Source: Takakia lepidozioides (taxonomy: Eukaryota > Plantae > Bryophyta). Taken from it: 64,000 nucleotides of DNA. Every line of letters starts with the position of its first letter. Position 1 is the first letter of the stretch. The stretch spans positions 11,594,001-11,658,000 of the forward strand of contig CM060733.1 in assembly GCA_030704615.1 (NCBI GenBank), in the 5' to 3' direction. This document shows, one piece after another, positions 62,555-64,000 of this stretch. The notes below the pieces were generated by a model. The model worked only from the letters and a program-made list of their open reading frames with translations. It did no database searches and was not told where the DNA came from. Made by a program: the position numbers and the translations under genes.

Positions 62555-64000
62555 GTGTCCACCTTCCTGCTGAAGGCAGTAGCCCTTGGGGGTCAAGTGA
62601 CACTATAAGTTACCTTTCGGAGGCGTCATACTTCTAAATGGAGATGGAAGTGTGTTCCATGAATCTAGCCCAGCCCACCACCGACCAAGACCCACTTCAC
62701 CTTGGGGCCTACCCTTTTTGGAGGTGGTGGGGCTGATTGTATATATTTTATATATACATGTTTTCCGGCAGGTAGCTAGTGTTCCACGAGGGCTTGGGAC
62801 GCAAGATTTGGTTATGTGATAGTACGTGTTGCGCTCGAAACCCTTCACTTTTCCATTTTTTTGTGGTTCATTTCGATACAGTACGGCGGCAAACGCTTAC
62901 CAGCACCCCGAAACGAGGCGGCTTCCAAGGGTCTACTCCGTGTCTGACCGGATGCTCCGGTCAGCCGCCAGTCGCTAAAGAGATCTCCTTTCACGAATCA
63001 CTCACGTGCTCCCAGGAACATTCCTGGTACTGCGGCTGCTGCTGTTTCGTGGTGACGGAGCGTTGGAGAGCTGCCCACAGAGAGATCTAGTATGTGGCTT
63101 TGTGGTGTGATGAGGATCCATGTCGCCACGGCTCATCAACTAACTTCCATGCGGAGGGCAGGATTGGTGCTTTGGTGGCTGAAATGCTCCGAATAGCAAG
63201 CTCTGGAAGGGGTTTGACCTCCATGTTCTGAAGTGTAAGTATGTCGTGGCCAACCCAGACGCCGTGTTCTTGAGTGTCTCTAGCAGATTTCCTAGTTTCT
63301 GTGAGACCGGGTTGGGGTTCTGGATTCTTTACTTCTTTTCTTCTTGCGAAAATTAAATTTCAGCTTGACCAGTTCATGAATTCCCCAGCTGATATTTATA
63401 CCCATAAATCGCCATAGTACGTGATGTGATCGGTTTTAACCACCGATTTACCGCGAGTATGACATTGCAGAAGCCGCAATGCACCCGACAAACAAACGAA
63501 GCCTGCACGCTGAGGGATACCATCGTTTCCCCGAGGCCTGTAAAACCACCGCCTCCCGTGTGGCTCTATAGTCTCTAGACTCTAACAAATTCGGCTCCTG
63601 AGACGAAGCTCCTCTCTTGCTGCACCTGATCTCTAAAAATGCTCAGGTTACGTGCAAAGAATGCACGCTAATGTCCTCCCCGCGGCCTCTTCTCGCTCGT
63701 TCCTGCATCTCCCGCGTCTGGTCTATGCGTGAAGCGCCATCAGCGCCCTACGACGGGACTAGGTACTTTATCCGAAAAGATGAAACTCTCCGCTCATCCT
63801 GCGCATGCTTAAAAAGAGAGGACCTATGTGCCCTGCATAATTTAAAGATGCACAGCAGCATATGATTGGCTCCTGACTCTCAAATTTGACACAGTGAAAC
63901 TGTCAGTGAGAGCAGACATTTATGCTCGGTGGGTGGTAAACAAGAGTTTACCAGGCACAGCCAAAGCCGTGGTTGAGAGCTTCCACTAGAAAACACTCAC

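Noticed and set aside
62600-64000. Gene at the right edge
   Set aside because: GC-richer, promoter/UTR-like sequence, but no supportable coding exon within the window.

Overview
Eukaryotic nuclear DNA from a land plant, probably non-seed/bryophyte-like (an inference from the TE types and a VPS13B-type gene). It has spliceosomal GT-AG introns throughout. Host genes: the 5' part of a VPS13B-like lipid-transfer gene (minus strand, runs off the left edge) head-to-head with GET1; an 8-Cys non-specific lipid transfer protein; an apparently intact glutaminyl-tRNA synthetase (21599-35312) preceded by a decayed partial tandem copy; and a CYP703-like P450 with frameshifts. From about 41 kb on, the window is a nested TE cluster. 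It holds tRNA-derived SINEs, hAT MITEs, a ~12.7 kb CACTA element inserted into a hAT transposase, and a defective chromovirus Ty3/Gypsy. The most unusual feature is the CACTA accessory (TnpA-like) gene. It is transcribed divergently from the transposase and carries an FCP1/SCP(NIF)-type HAD phosphatase-like domain between its Transposase_24-like and C-terminal Tnp1-like domains. The same element carries captured RPS3a fragments. GlnRS introns hold RTE-X-like LINEs whose copies all end at the same TCTCTT target. All family assignments come from motif recognition by eye; no searches were run.
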